Assembly: GCA_964016885.1 (NCBI GenBank)
Contig: OZ024757.1
Coordinates: 13,640,001-13,704,000, forward strand
Length of the DNA stretch: 64,000 bases
Source: Eledone cirrhosa
Taxonomy: Eukaryota
Reading direction: 5' to 3'
Below, piece by piece: positions 12,590-25,345 of the stretch; the first letter of the stretch is position 1, and the number at the start of each line of letters is the position of its first letter. The notes under the pieces are model-generated. The model ran no database searches. It saw nothing but the letters and a program-made list of their open reading frames with translations, and had not been told where the DNA came from. A program made the position numbers and the translations under genes.

Positions 12590-12990
12590 GGGTGCGTATG
12601 ATTGTGTATAGAAGATTATATTAAGAGGAATTCCAACTTTGTCTGATTTACTCGTTTTATTTACAATTCTTTAAAATTTATAATGGTATTATAATGAAAT
12701 AGTATGATAGAATATTAAATTCTAAGTGTTAATTGAATAAGTACTTTCATGCTTTCGCAATCTTCAGGTTCATATGTGGTGACAGTCAAGTTTGCAATTT
12801 TCAGTTGAAAATTGCAAACTTGACTGTCACCACACATTATGAACCTGAAGATTGCGAAAGCATGAAAGTACTTGTTCAATTAACACTTAGAATTTAATAT
12901 TCTATCATACTATTTCATTATAATACCATTATAAATTTTAAAGAATTGTAAATAAAACGAGTAAATCAGACAAAGTTGGAATTCCTCTTA
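12590..12990. mobile_element. fold-back element with about 185-bp arms in (TA)n, carrying a hammerhead in each arm
   Basis: Arms 12622-12803 and 12806-12990 are near-perfect reverse complements; centre aattttca-gt-tgaaaatt; extra tail on the left arm. Confidence 0.9.
12840..12878 (+). ncRNA. minimal type I hammerhead ribozyme
   Basis: tgaac-CTGAAGA-ttgc-GAAA-gcat-gaaa-gtac-TT-gttca; perfect 5-bp stem I, stem II reduced to a loop; mirror copy at 12734-12772 (-). Confidence 0.8.
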
Positions 12991-13028
<38 letters not shown>

Positions 13029-13203
13029 AGTATATATATATATATACACGTACAAGTATATATATATATACACATGCAAGTATATATATATATATATATA
13101 TACACATATATATATATAAATACACACACACATACAAATATATAGACACACACACATACAAATATATATATATATAAACACATATACAAATACACACACA
13201 CAC

Positions 13204-13242
<39 letters not shown>

Positions 13243-13357
13243 CAAATATATACACACATATATATAAATACATACACACACATACAAATATATAGACACA
13301 CTCATACAAATACACACACATATGTATACACACAGACACATACATATATATATATAT

Positions 13358-13610
13358 GAGATCGTGTAGGTGTCACGACAAAAAAACACAGTCCACGCTG
13401 TAATGTGGCCGTGTAGGCAACACGGTAAAAACCTCCCAGACCCACACTGTAAATGTGGTTGGTGTTAGGAAGGGCATCCAACTGTAGAAAACCTGCCAGA
13501 CAGTCCTATGCGAGCAAGACAATCACTCTTGCCTCAAGTGGGACTACCCCCCGTCCAAACCCATGCAAGCATGGAACACGGACGTTAAACGTTGATGATG
13601 ATGATGATGA
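13358..13610 (+). mobile_element. RTE LINE 3' UTR fragment inserted in a TA run
   Basis: Matches 30940-31183; ends in (GAT)n. Confidence 0.85.
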
Positions 13611-14700
13611 TATATACACACACACACACAGACATATTGATTGGTTCTGTTTAATGTGTGTAAAAATGTTTGTTATTCCACATGGTCATCTGACATTCCA
13701 CAGTGAGATGGTAGGAACAGAATGTAGAGAGGGGGTGGTGGTTATGGTAGGGTTCGTGGTGGTGGTGGTGGTGAGGGTGTTATGGTAGGGTTCATGGTGG
13801 TTGTGGTGAGGGTGTTATGGTAGGGTTCATGGTGGTGGTGAGGGCGTTATGGTAGGATAGTGGTGGTGGTGAGGGGGTTATGGTAGAGTTCATGGTGGTG
13901 AGGGGGCTATGGTAGAGTTCATGGTGGTGGTGGTGGTGGGGTTCCTGGTGCTGGTGGTGAGGGGGGGTACGGTAGGGTGATGATGATGGTGGTGATGGTG
14001 GTGGTGAAGGTGATTATGGTGGGGTAGTGATGGTGGAGGGGATTATGGTAGGGTGGTAGTGGTGAAGGGGAATATGGTAGGGTGGTGATGGTGGTGGTGG
14101 GGGCGAGGAAGAGTGGGGTCAGAGGTCAGTTGACAAAAACCAAATCTTAAGACCCAAGCAGGAAGGTCTCCATCACTACACTACACTCCCAACCTCACAG
14201 CTCCACCACCACCACCACTACTACCACCACCCCCACCACTACAACCTCCTCCACCACCACCTCCACCACCTCTTCCCAGCTGTTGAAAACAAACATCACA
14301 TGTCACTATATTGCTGATTTAATGTACTCACACACACAATCACCCACACATATACACACATAACTCAGGTGTTTCCCTCCAATCCTTCCTGTTTATACAA
14401 ACCCTGTTACTTCTCCCTATACTTCTTCCCCTCTCTGTATGTCAACCCCTGATGGTCAGTCACACACACATACAGAAAGAGGTCATAGCAGCAGTAGCTT
14501 AAGAGTACAAAAGGCCCCTCCCAAAGGCAATTAACCCTCTGAGTGTATCCCTTTTTCTTTTTCAAAATTGGGATTATCACTCCTAAAGGTGTCTTTCCAG
14601 AGATTCAGGCCTCTCAGCACACAGAAGTTAGCCAGAAAATACCTTCTCTATTTAAGGCCTTTATCCCCTCCAGTGGCCTTGTCATATTTGAGCTCTTTAA

Positions 14701-14918
14701 CTCTTTGGCATCTACATAACTCTCTATGTATTGTATTTTCAAGGTAAAGGCTTTATCTTACATAATTATCTCACATAATATCAAATCTATGAGATTTTGA
14801 TGATATTTATTTTGAGAACAATACCTTAAAAGTGGTATCAGTGGCCGGTTACAGCCAGTTTGAACAGAAAGAGGTGGGAGAATTCTGGCCAGATATAGCT
14901 GGTTTAAATGCTAAAGGG
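14701..14918. mobile_element. piggyBac-type MITE (family P)
   Basis: ttaa|ctctttggcatcta ... taaatgctaaaggg|ttaa; TTAA target duplication with CCC/GGG-type TIR. Confidence 0.8.
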
Positions 14919-15027
14919 TTAAGTTACCATATTTCTAATGAAAAACACTGCTCATTACAGTCTTTAGAAACAATGAGCAATTTTAAATTCATGAAATAAA
15001 TAAAAGCTTTGGTTTTGGTTCACTTAA

Positions 15028-15435
15028 CCCTTTAGCATTTGCATTACACTATATTTACTATTATATTTTTGCAGTAAAGGCTTTACCGACCATAATTATC
15101 TTACATAATATTGAATCTATGAGATTTTGATATTATTTATATTGAGACCTATACCTTAACATCAGTATGAGCAGCCAGTAACAACTGGTTTGAGCAGGAA
15201 GAGGTGAGAGAATTCTGGCCTGATATGGCCAGTTTAACCCTTTAGCATTTAAACCAGCCACAATTCTCTCACCTCTTTCTGTTCAAATCGGCCATACCTA
15301 ACTGCTTATACTGATGTTAAGGTATTGTTCTCAAAATAAATAATATCAACATCTCATAGATTTGATATTATGTGAGATGAAGCCTTTTCTGTGAAAATAC
15401 AATAGTATTTCGAGAGTAATGTGAATGCTAAAGGG
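15028..15435. mobile_element. two family P MITEs head-to-head (inverted dimer)
   Basis: ttaa|ccctttagcattt at 15028 and 15238; ends gctaaaggg|ttaa at 15435. Confidence 0.85.
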
Positions 15436-16040
15436 TTAATATAGAAATGGCTTATACAGGGCAAGAACTTTAATTCGAAAGAAATCATCAGGAAAGCTTT
15501 CCTGATGATTTCTTCCATGCACATAGTACATTCTGTAGAGTTTGTTGTCAAGAAGACCATCTAGCTGTAGAAACCATGCTAAAACTGGAACATATGCCAG
15601 CAAGACTTGTCAACCCCCACACATCAGCCAATACTGTCTTCTTCTGTGACAACCTATCTAACTAAAGTCAGCATGAGAAGAGGCAGGAGTCTTTCATAGC
15701 TCCACAACATTTGCATCTGACATGCCAACATGTTTCTCTCTGTCTCTGTCGTCGCCCCCCCCCCTCTCTGTCTAGATTTATCTCTCACCTCTTATCTCTG
15801 CTCTACAAACTTTCCTATCAGAGTATCTTACATAGACATGAAGAAATATTGGACAGAGGACCTATTTATCATATGTACGTGTTTCTCTCGCTATATATAT
15901 ATACACACACACATATATATAATATATATATATATACACACGACCGTGACTTCTGGCGTCACGCAGTAATACAGGGTACCCGACCTCCCATGGGTACATG
16001 CTGAAGCATATAAACAATATGACCCCCCCCCCCCTCCACC

Positions 16041-16295
16041 GCAAGGTGGCCGTGGAGGTGCCACGGCAAAAAAGCACCCAGCCCACACTGTAAAGTGGAC
16101 GTGTAGGCGCCACGAAAAAGCACCCAGCACTCACTGTAAATGAGGTTGGTGTTAGGAAGGGCATCCAGCTGTAGAAATCAAGCCAGATCAGTTCCTGTAT
16201 GAGCAAGGCATGGTCAGCCGACCAGACACTGCCCACAACAGGACAACCCGTCTAACCCATGCTAGCGTGGAAGAACGGACGTAAAACGGTGATGA

Positions 16296-16298
<3 letters not shown>
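16041..16298 (+). mobile_element. SINE S2 3' part with RTE-type tail
   Basis: ggttggtgttaggaagggcatccagctgtagaaa ... ggacgtaaaacg(gat)n, shared with the RTE 3' UTR. Confidence 0.7.
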
Positions 16299-16332
<34 letters not shown>

Positions 16333-16378
16333 TATATATGTATGTATATATGTATATATATAAATATATATATATATA

Positions 16379-16412
<34 letters not shown>

Positions 16413-16736
16413 GTGTGAGTGTGTGAGCACGCATATGTGCATGTGCATATGTGAGCATGTGTTTTATGCATGTATGTGAACCTGTGTGCAGTGTGATTAT
16501 TAGTTTGAATGTCTGCACATGTGAAAATGTAAAAATCTGCCTTAGTTTGCAATATATAAGAGGAAGGGAGGGAGATAGTGAGGGTGTGGGGGTGGGTGTG
16601 AAAGTTTTGTCAAACAAGAAGAGAGGACAGGCACACAGATACTGAAGGACAGGCAGATAGATGCATGATGGCTTAAAACAGCGGTCACCAACCTTTCGGT
16701 CCTCACAGACCACTATATTCATAATTTCATTAAATT

Positions 16737-17260
16737 ATGGTGGATTGGCAGTATCGGTGGAGGGTCGGACGCCATGCTTTGCAGCATAGTTACGTCCCTT
16801 TACGATCTGAGTTCAAATCCCGCCGAGGTTGACTTTGCCTTTCATCCTTACGGGGTCGATAAAATAAAGTACCAGTAATGCACTGGGTAATTGCGGCCTT
16901 GTGCCTAAAGTAGAAACAATTAAATTATGTGGACCACTAATATGAATTTTTTTTAAAAGATAAATACATTTGTAAAATAATAGTTTCTACTTTTGGCACA
17001 AGGCCAGCAATTACCCCAGTGCATTACTGGTACTTTATTTTATCGACCCCGTAAGGATAAAAGGCAAAGTTAACCTCATTTGTAAAATAATTGTTTCTAC
17101 TTTTGGCACAAGGCCAGCAATTACCCAGTGCATTACTGGTACTTTATTTTATCAACCTCGTAAGGATGAAAGGCAAAGTTAACCTCGGCGGGATTTGAAC
17201 TCAGAATGGCAAGGGCCGTAACTCTATGCGTCAAAGCATGGCGTCCGACCCTCTACCAAT
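16737..17260. mobile_element. SINE S1 cluster: one + copy, then two - copies
   Basis: + copy 16737-16922; - copies at about 16980-17078 and 17088-17260. Confidence 0.85.
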
Positions 17261-17489
17261 TTGTAAAATAATGATCAGAGAACTTCCATTTTATTAACCC
17301 TTTAGCATTTACATTATTACTCTTCTTAATTTCATTACCACCATTAATGACTTTTCTGGAAAAATATCACAAGATCCACATGACAGATGCAATGTGTCCG
17401 AACACTGAAGAGCTGAACTCCCACCGTCATCACCTCCATCTCTCTAGCCCTCCCCGTCTCTCTGTATTGTATGCAAATGGGATCCCATG

Positions 17490-17690
17490 TTCTGGCTGCC
17501 CCACAGCCCCAGCGGACAGAGTGGAGGAGGCGTTTCCACGGAGGATGGTAAGGGAGATGCGCTGGAAGAGCCATTCCATCTCGCGAGGTACCCACCTGCG
17601 GCTGGCCAGCTCAGCGCCTATGGCGGTAGGTAGGGAGGTAGCCCTAGGGCCAAGGACACCAGACGTCTCCACAGCCAAGGGCACGACCAT
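17490..17690 (-). pseudogene. CRE-clade non-LTR retrotransposon C-terminal restriction-like endonuclease fragment
   Basis: VPLAVETSGVLGP...LFQRISLTILRGNASS matches the P.A.ET.G ... QR.S...RGNA signature; sits between two halves of a family P MITE (17298-17800). Confidence 0.8.
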
Positions 17691-18319
17691 ATTTACTATT
17701 GTATTTTCATATGATATCGAATCTATGAGATTTTGATAACAATACTTTAACATCAGTATGAGTGACCAGCTATGGCCAGTTTGAACAGAAGGAGGTGAAC
17801 CTTACAGTCATTGCCACCATGATCACTATCATCAACACCAACACCACCACCACCACCATCATCATCATGAACTTCACAATCAGCCTTACCATGATCACCA
17901 CCAACGCCACCACCACCACCACCACTAACACCATCACCATTACCATCTTCAAGAACTCTAGTCACTGACACCATCATCAACACCACCACCACCACCACTA
18001 CAACTATTACCACTCCTAATACCCCATGGGTTACCATTACCAAAATAAGCCTTACTACAACTGCCACCAGGGTGGTTCTATCCAATGCATCATTACTCAT
18101 ACAATGGAATTGGCTCAGCTCACATTTCTAAGACTTGGGAACTAAATACTACAAAATCTGCGTATATAAATATATACATATGTATGTATGTATGTATGTG
18201 CAAATGTATGCACATATATATATATGTGTGTGTGTATGTAATACATGCACATGCAGACACATATATAAACACACACACATTATATATATATATATATAAA
18301 TACACATACATACATATAT

Positions 18320-18369
<50 letters not shown>

Positions 18370-18728
18370 TGGCTGCCAACTCGTTTTCGAGTACGGCCAC
18401 TACTTTATATCCATGTAGGAGAACCCCTACCGATGCGCTGAACGAGTGTGACTTTTTAGTCCAGCCAGCGACTTGAAAACTACTCTGGTACAAGCACTAC
18501 ACTTGTGATAATTATTGACACAAAGTGCTGGGCCCATGGTACCATGTGAGGACAAGTGCAGAGAGATCTCCAGATATAAAGCAATGCCTGTGCCGTGAAG
18601 CTTTTATAGTGAGCAAAGGCACATACATACATACATATATACATACACATACATACATATATACATACAAACCTGTCCAAACCATGCTAGTGTGGAAGAT
18701 GGACATTAAACAATGATGATGATGATGA

Positions 18729-18762
<34 letters not shown>

Positions 18763-19007
18763 GCCTTGATACGGATATATATGGGTGTGTATATAATATA
18801 TATATATATAGCTTATGCATAATATACAGAATGAGGGGAGAACTCAATACAAAGTTAGCAGTGCATGTATACAGAATACATATATATTTCAAAGAATTTG
18901 AAGGGTTTTGGGGGTAGGTGAAATTTGATGCATTGTGCTAATATATGTCAACAGATTTGAAAGCCACAACAATGTTTAAACAAAAACAGATATATATGTA
19001 TGCATCT

Positions 19008-19040
<33 letters not shown>

Positions 19041-19044
19041 CATA

Positions 19045-19620
19045 TTTATTAAAATAACAGATTAACGTTTAAGCAAAGAATCGCTGCTTTCACCCTTAAA
19101 GGGGTTTTCTGAAACTAAAAAAGTCAATCTGTGAACGCAGAAGTAAATATTTCGAAAAACGTTGCAACCGAAGGAAGACGATACTTTGGTTCGTGGAAAC
19201 GTTCCCTGGCAAAGAACGGAAAAAAACGAATATAATACGTCATTATTTGGAGCAGTGAAAATAATTACAAACCACGTTTATGGTATAAATGAAGTCGTAA
19301 ACTGATATTCTATTAGGTGGTTCGTAGAGACGTTCTCTGGCAAAGAACGTTTTTTTTCCATTCTTTGCCACAAACCAAAGTATCCTCTTCCTGTCTTCCT
19401 TCGGTTGCAACGATTTTTGAAATATTTACTTCTGCATTCACAGATTGATTTTTTTAGTTTCAGAAGATCCCATTAAGGGTGAAAGCAGCGATTCTTTGCT
19501 TAAACTTTAATCTGTTATTTTAATAAATATTTGCTCTACGGTTCTTATATATTTGATATATATTTATCCTTGTCGAGCCCTCTTTGGATTTTAGTCTTCA
19601 AATTTATTATTATTACTATA
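19045..19620. mobile_element. fold-back hammerhead element (family D) in (TA)n
   Basis: Arms at about 19045-19230 and 19350-19530 are inverted; tail 19530-19620; partial copy at 58150-58260. Confidence 0.85.
19456..19506 (+). ncRNA. type I hammerhead, A4 core variant
   Basis: agttt-CAGAAGA-tccc-attaa-gggt-GAAA-gca-gcgattctt-tgc-TT-aaact; all three stems pair. Confidence 0.7.
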
Positions 19621-19648
19621 TATATACATATTTATATATGTATGTATG

Positions 19649-19693
<45 letters not shown>

Positions 19694-19704
19694 ATATAAT
19701 GTGT

Positions 19705-19743
<39 letters not shown>

Positions 19744-20201
19744 TTTCCTGAGTCGGTTTTTTTCGTTGTTCTTGTCCTAACGGCTAACATGCCGGTCGTT
19801 GTCTTCCATTTGCATAGCTGTTTAAACGAGTGCTTTTGGCTGCATTTTCCGATAGCATTCGTTAGCTTGCTCGCAACCAGACCTTCGATTATGCTGTACT
19901 ACCTTCTTGTATATATATATATGTGTGTGTGTATATAGAGAGTGAACTTGGTGCTGTTATGTATAACATTAGAGATTGACAGAGAGAGAAGGGAAGATAG
20001 ACAATAAGAAAGAATGAGAAAAGTATGTATATATATATATATATGTATATGTATGTATGTATATATTTATGTATGTGTGTGTGTGTCTATATATATGAGC
20101 AAGACACGGCCACCCAATCAATCTTGCCTCAAGTGGGACAATCCCCGTCTAACCCATGCTAGCATGGAAGATAGATGTTTGATGATGATGATGATGATGA
20201 C

Positions 20202-20233
<32 letters not shown>

Positions 20234-20234
20234 T

Positions 20235-20275
<41 letters not shown>

Positions 20276-20324
20276 TTATATATATATATATATATATAAA
20301 GGTTTACATATATATATATATAAG

Positions 20325-20823
20325 TGTTTTGCAACGGGTCACTTTGTGGCTCAATGAAAAGTTAATAGATTAAATAATCAGAGCTATATATCATAAAACA
20401 TGCCTATAGAATCACCAGATAAAATATATATCATTTCCTCTCCCAATTAGCATAATTAACCATATAAAAAATCGAATAGATCAAGCTATAAGAATAAGGC
20501 TTCTATGAAGAAATCTCCAACAAATAACCGAAACCAGCCCTTCGCGCCGGCTGTGACAGAATATTTATCGAATATTTCAACAGTGTAATCGCCCAGATAT
20601 ACAGTCAATTAAACAGAATTAGGTGTAAAATAAACTAGGAGAAAAGAGAATACATTTATTTACCTCAACCATGGGCTGGTTTCGGTTATTTGTTGGAGAT
20701 TTCTTCATAGAAGCCTCATTCTTATAGCTTGATCTATTCGATTTTTTATATGGTTAATTATGCTAATTGGGAGAGGAAATGGTATATATTTTATCTGGTG
20801 ATTCTATAGACATGTTTTATGAT
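20325..20823. mobile_element. fold-back element in (TA)n with degenerate hammerhead-like core
   Basis: Arms 20390-20540 and 20673-20823 are inverted; ttttat-CTGGTGA-ttctata-GACA-tgtttt; tail on the left. Confidence 0.75.
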
Positions 20824-20904
20824 ATATATATATATATATATATATATGCATGCATATACATATATATATATATATATATGTCTGTGTGTGTGAGATGTGA
20901 GAAA

Positions 20905-21200
20905 AACCACAAACCCTCCGTCTCAATTGTACTTTTGAAAAGCAGAACTGCGAAACTGGTAAAGGAACCAAATAAATATATATTTTTATAAAAAAAGACT
21001 CCAGTTGCATTTTCGATTTCATCTTTTTTCCTTATATAAATATGTATATGTATATAAGGAAAAAAGATGAAATCGAAAATGCAACTGGAGTCTTTTTGTT
21101 TTTAAATTTTGGTTTTAAGTTTTACCGGTTGCGCATTTCTAATGCTTTTCAAAAATAATTTTGAGATAGAGCGCCCGTGATGTTTGCTCTAATGATGACA
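20905..21200. mobile_element. fold-back element with diverged outer arms
   Basis: Perfect inner arms 20992-21038 and 21052-21097; weaker similarity continues outward. Confidence 0.7.
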
Positions 21201-22329
21201 CAAATATATATATATATATATATATTGTTATACTTTGGGAGGGTCATGTTGCCAATAAGAAACACACGCACCAATTGCTTTCACTTCAATTTATTATATA
21301 TTTATAAATTTATAAATTTACAAATCTACAAATCTATAAATTTCTGGTTGGTTGGTTGGTTCCACAACCAGATAGTTGTTTATATATAGTCATAGTCCTT
21401 TCGTCACACACTCTGTGACCTCTTCAGTGACTGGGGATTCCTTTCTTTGTTTCTGTGCCTTTCCTTTCTTCTGTCCTACGCCATTTTGTTTCTGTGTGTG
21501 TGTTGTGTGCTCAGTTTGCGCATGCGCCACATCCGGGTGTCTGTGTGTGTTTGTGTTCATTTATCTATTTGTTTATTTATTTATTTATTTACATGTTATT
21601 GGTTGGTTGTTTGTTCTATGTGTGTGTGTGTTTTCGTTTTGTCCTTAATTGTAAGTTGTGATGTTGCTGTTCCACTCACATTTTCTATTTAATTTTGGTT
21701 GTAATTCTTTTATGTTTATTGCCTCTGTAATTGTATCTGTAATTTGTCTAAATTTTAGACAAATTACAGAGGCAATAAACATAAAAGAATTACAACCAAA
21801 ATTAAATAGAAAATATGAGTGGAACAGCAACATCACAACTTACAATTAAGGACAAAACGAAAACACACACACACATAGAACAAACAACCAACCAATAACA
21901 TGTAAATAAATAAATAATCAAATAGATAAATGAACACAAACACACACAGACACCCGGATGTGGCGCATGCGCAAACTGAGCACACAACACACACACAGAA
22001 ACAAAATGGCGTAGGACAGAAGAAAGGAAAGGCACAGAAACAAAGAAAGGAATCCCCAGTCACTGAAGAGGTCACAGAGTGTGTGACGAAAGGACTATGA
22101 CTATATATAAACAACTATCTGGTTGTGGAACCAACCAACCAACCAGAAATTTATAGATTTGTAGATTTGTAAATTTATAAATTTATAAATATATAATAAA
22201 TTGAAGTGAAAGCAATTGGTGCGTGTGTTTCTTATTGGCAACATGACCCTCCCAAAGTATAACAATATCGGTTTCAACATACGATTTCAGATAAAGAATC
22301 TTGCTAAACAAATTCAGAAACGAAATAAA

Positions 22330-22390
<61 letters not shown>

Positions 22391-22434
22391 TGTATGTATG
22401 TATGTGTATATATATATGCATGTATATACATATA

Positions 22435-22518
<84 letters not shown>

Positions 22519-22644
22519 CATACATATATACATATATATATATATTTATGTGTCATCATTAGAGCAAACATCACGGGCGCTCTATCTCAAAATTATTTTT
22601 GAAAAGCATTAGAAATGCGCAACCGGTAAAACTTAAAACCAAAA
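21107..22644. repeat. 1.5-kb near-perfect palindrome centred at 21753 (family A fold-back plus duplicated flank)
   Basis: Centre gtctaaa-t-tttagac; 21225-21752 mirrors 21754-22265; 21107-21203 mirrors 22548-22644. Confidence 0.92.
22058..22102 (+). ncRNA. type I hammerhead ribozyme of family A
   Basis: agtca-CTGAAGA-g-gtcaca-gagtg-tgtgac-GAAA-ggac-TA-tgact; mirror at 21388-21432 (-); further copies at 25474-25516 (+), 36753-36795 (-) and 58434-58476 (+). Confidence 0.8.
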
Positions 22645-22754
22645 CTGAATACTAACCAATACTATTACTAATTTTTACTTTTCCTAATTAAACTATTTTT
22701 CACTGGGAACAATTTGTCAGCATTTTCTTTTCCTTTTACCAATATATATATATA

Positions 22755-23030
22755 TTCTATCCTATCCTTATTCTAGCTATTTTGCTCTCGGTGCACCCTC
22801 CTCCACAGCTAATTAGATCAACTAGGTAGCACAAGCTATCAACCACTTCTATGGATCCTTCCTGTGATTAGAAAAAGGTTTATATCACCGATGACATTCT
22901 TCCCATTGATTACACCTGTGCATTTTGTACATAGGAATTCTCCCTTTTGTATGTAGGGAGAAACCTTTTATGTCAACAGTAGGAGTAGCTCTCTAAACTT
23001 TTCCCATCCTATCCTTATTCTAGCTATTAT
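22755..23030 (-). pseudogene. degraded RTE LINE fragments
   Basis: Minus strand reads ARIRIGWEKFRELLLL, homologous to ARVRTGWKKFRELIPLL of copy 1. Confidence 0.65.
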
Positions 23031-23061
23031 GTTATATCTGTATGATAACCTTTGGTTTATA

Positions 23062-23581
23062 CGTGGCTGCTTCAAAAAGTTCATGGAAAAAGGACAGTTG
23101 GAAAAAACGGTTTAAGTTATGATGTTTGTTTTTCAACATATACTCCATCTGCAAGCATTGATACCAGCCTTTAAACCCATCTGTGTAAAACTGAGAGCCA
23201 TGTTATTTAAACCATGTTAAAGCAGGTTTTTTTTACATCTTCAACTGGGGATCATCTTCAACTTCTAAAATGGCTTATCCATTTGTAGGTTGTTGATTTC
23301 GTTGGGGCATTGTCCTCAGAAACTTGCTCCAGAGCGTCAATGATTTGGCTGCTCTTCCACCCTAGCTTCACCATGAATTTGATGTTTTGATGGAGGCCAT
23401 GTTGCTCGAGTGGGTGGCGACTTCCGACCAGCGGTGCTGTGTTGCAACATGCAGTTAAGGGTTCATGTTAGAACATCTTATGACATGTTAGCATGAGAAC
23501 ATACAGATGCATTAAGATCAAAATCCCTGCATATGATCTTTAGCTATGGACTTTTTCCACAAACTTTTTGAAGCCCCCTTG
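23062..23581. mobile_element. non-autonomous mariner-type DNA transposon
   Basis: ta|cgtggctgcttcaaaaagttcatggaaaa ... ttttccacaaactttttgaagcccccttg|ta; about 29-bp TIR with TA duplication. Confidence 0.75.
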
Positions 23582-24573
23582 TATACTGATGTCAGTAGAG
23601 TCACTATTGTTGTGTTCCATGTTTTTTGCCTGGAATTCTATAGAGAACTAGAGTGTTATTGACTGATGTGGTCCTATCTAATTATTTAGCAAGTACTGTA
23701 TGGGAATGGGGCACAATTTCTCCTTGTATAAATGCATGGTTAACCAATAAGCCTGCTCACATATGCATACATATATATAAGCGCATGCAAACACATACAT
23801 ATATATATATGTGTGTGTGTGTGTGTGCATATATGTAAGTATTCATATGTGTATGTATATTTACATATATGTTTGTCTGTATGTATATTTACATATATGT
23901 TTGTGTGTATGTATATTTACATATATGTTTGTGTGTATGTATATTTACATATATGTTTGTGTGTATGTATATTTACATTTATGTTTATGTATATGTATAT
24001 ATATACATTTACATACATACATTTATACATAAACACACACACGCATATATAAATATATATATATACATACATACACATAAACTCTCACACCCACACACAT
24101 ATATATATAGACAAACACAAACTCCCACACCCACTCACAGCACTACATAAACATATATATATATATATGTATATATACACACACAAACACACAAATTCAC
24201 AAACACATATATATATATACAAACACACAAAACATATATATATATACAAACACATACACTCACACACCCACACCCTTACATAAACCTATATATATATATA
24301 TACACACACACATACATGCACATAAACACCCAGCCCTACATAAACATACATACAATCCCTCAACAGTACCACGTGGAGCTTACTAAAGTAGTACAATTTT
24401 CCCATGATCTTTGACATAGCTTTAAAGAGAAGCATTCACATGTACATGTACACACACACACTGTGTCACACATATACACCCAGACACACTCACACATGCA
24501 TATAATTGCATGTGTCTCTGCATGCTTACATATGAAATGGTGTACTGTGTGTGTGTGTAATATTAAACACTAG

Positions 24574-24606
<33 letters not shown>

Positions 24607-24656
24607 CAAGCATAGTCTACGTAGTCAATATATGTATGTATATGTGTATGTGTAAG

Positions 24657-24689
<33 letters not shown>

Positions 24690-24834
24690 TGTATGAGTAT
24701 GTGTATGTATATATATATATATTTATATATATGCATACACATACATGTATATATGTTTATCTTGGTGCAATACTTGCTTATTTGTATATATATATGTATA
24801 TATATATATGTATGTATATATATATGTATATATA

Positions 24835-24885
<51 letters not shown>

Positions 24886-24886
24886 G

Positions 24887-24954
<68 letters not shown>

Positions 24955-24987
24955 TATATATATGTATATATATATATGTGTGTGTTG

Positions 24988-25055
<68 letters not shown>

Positions 25056-25058
<3 letters not shown>

Positions 25059-25134
25059 GGTATACCCCAAAAATGTATACACACTTTAACATCATTCTAA
25101 TAAAAAATATGTATGCATTTTTGAGGGACACCCT
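25056..25134. mobile_element. about 80-bp Tc1/mariner-type MITE (CAGGGTG TIR)
   Basis: cagggtataccccaaaaatgtatac...ttttgagggacaccct; cleaner copy at 40409-40487, half copies at 25255-25282 and 57853-57880. Confidence 0.7.
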
Positions 25135-25287
25135 TTATATATATAATTGTTTCTACTTTTGGCACAAGGCTAGCAATTACCCAGTACATTACTGGTACTT
25201 TACTGTGTAATTGCTGGCCTTGTGCCAAAAGTAGAAACAACTATATATATATAAAGGGTGTCCCTCAAAAATGTATACATACATTAT

Positions 25288-25344
<57 letters not shown>

Positions 25345-25345
<1 letters not shown>

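Noticed and set aside
21060-21097. aaGATGA-aatc-GAAA...TC as a hammerhead
   Set aside because: Lacks C3-U4 and a pairable stem III
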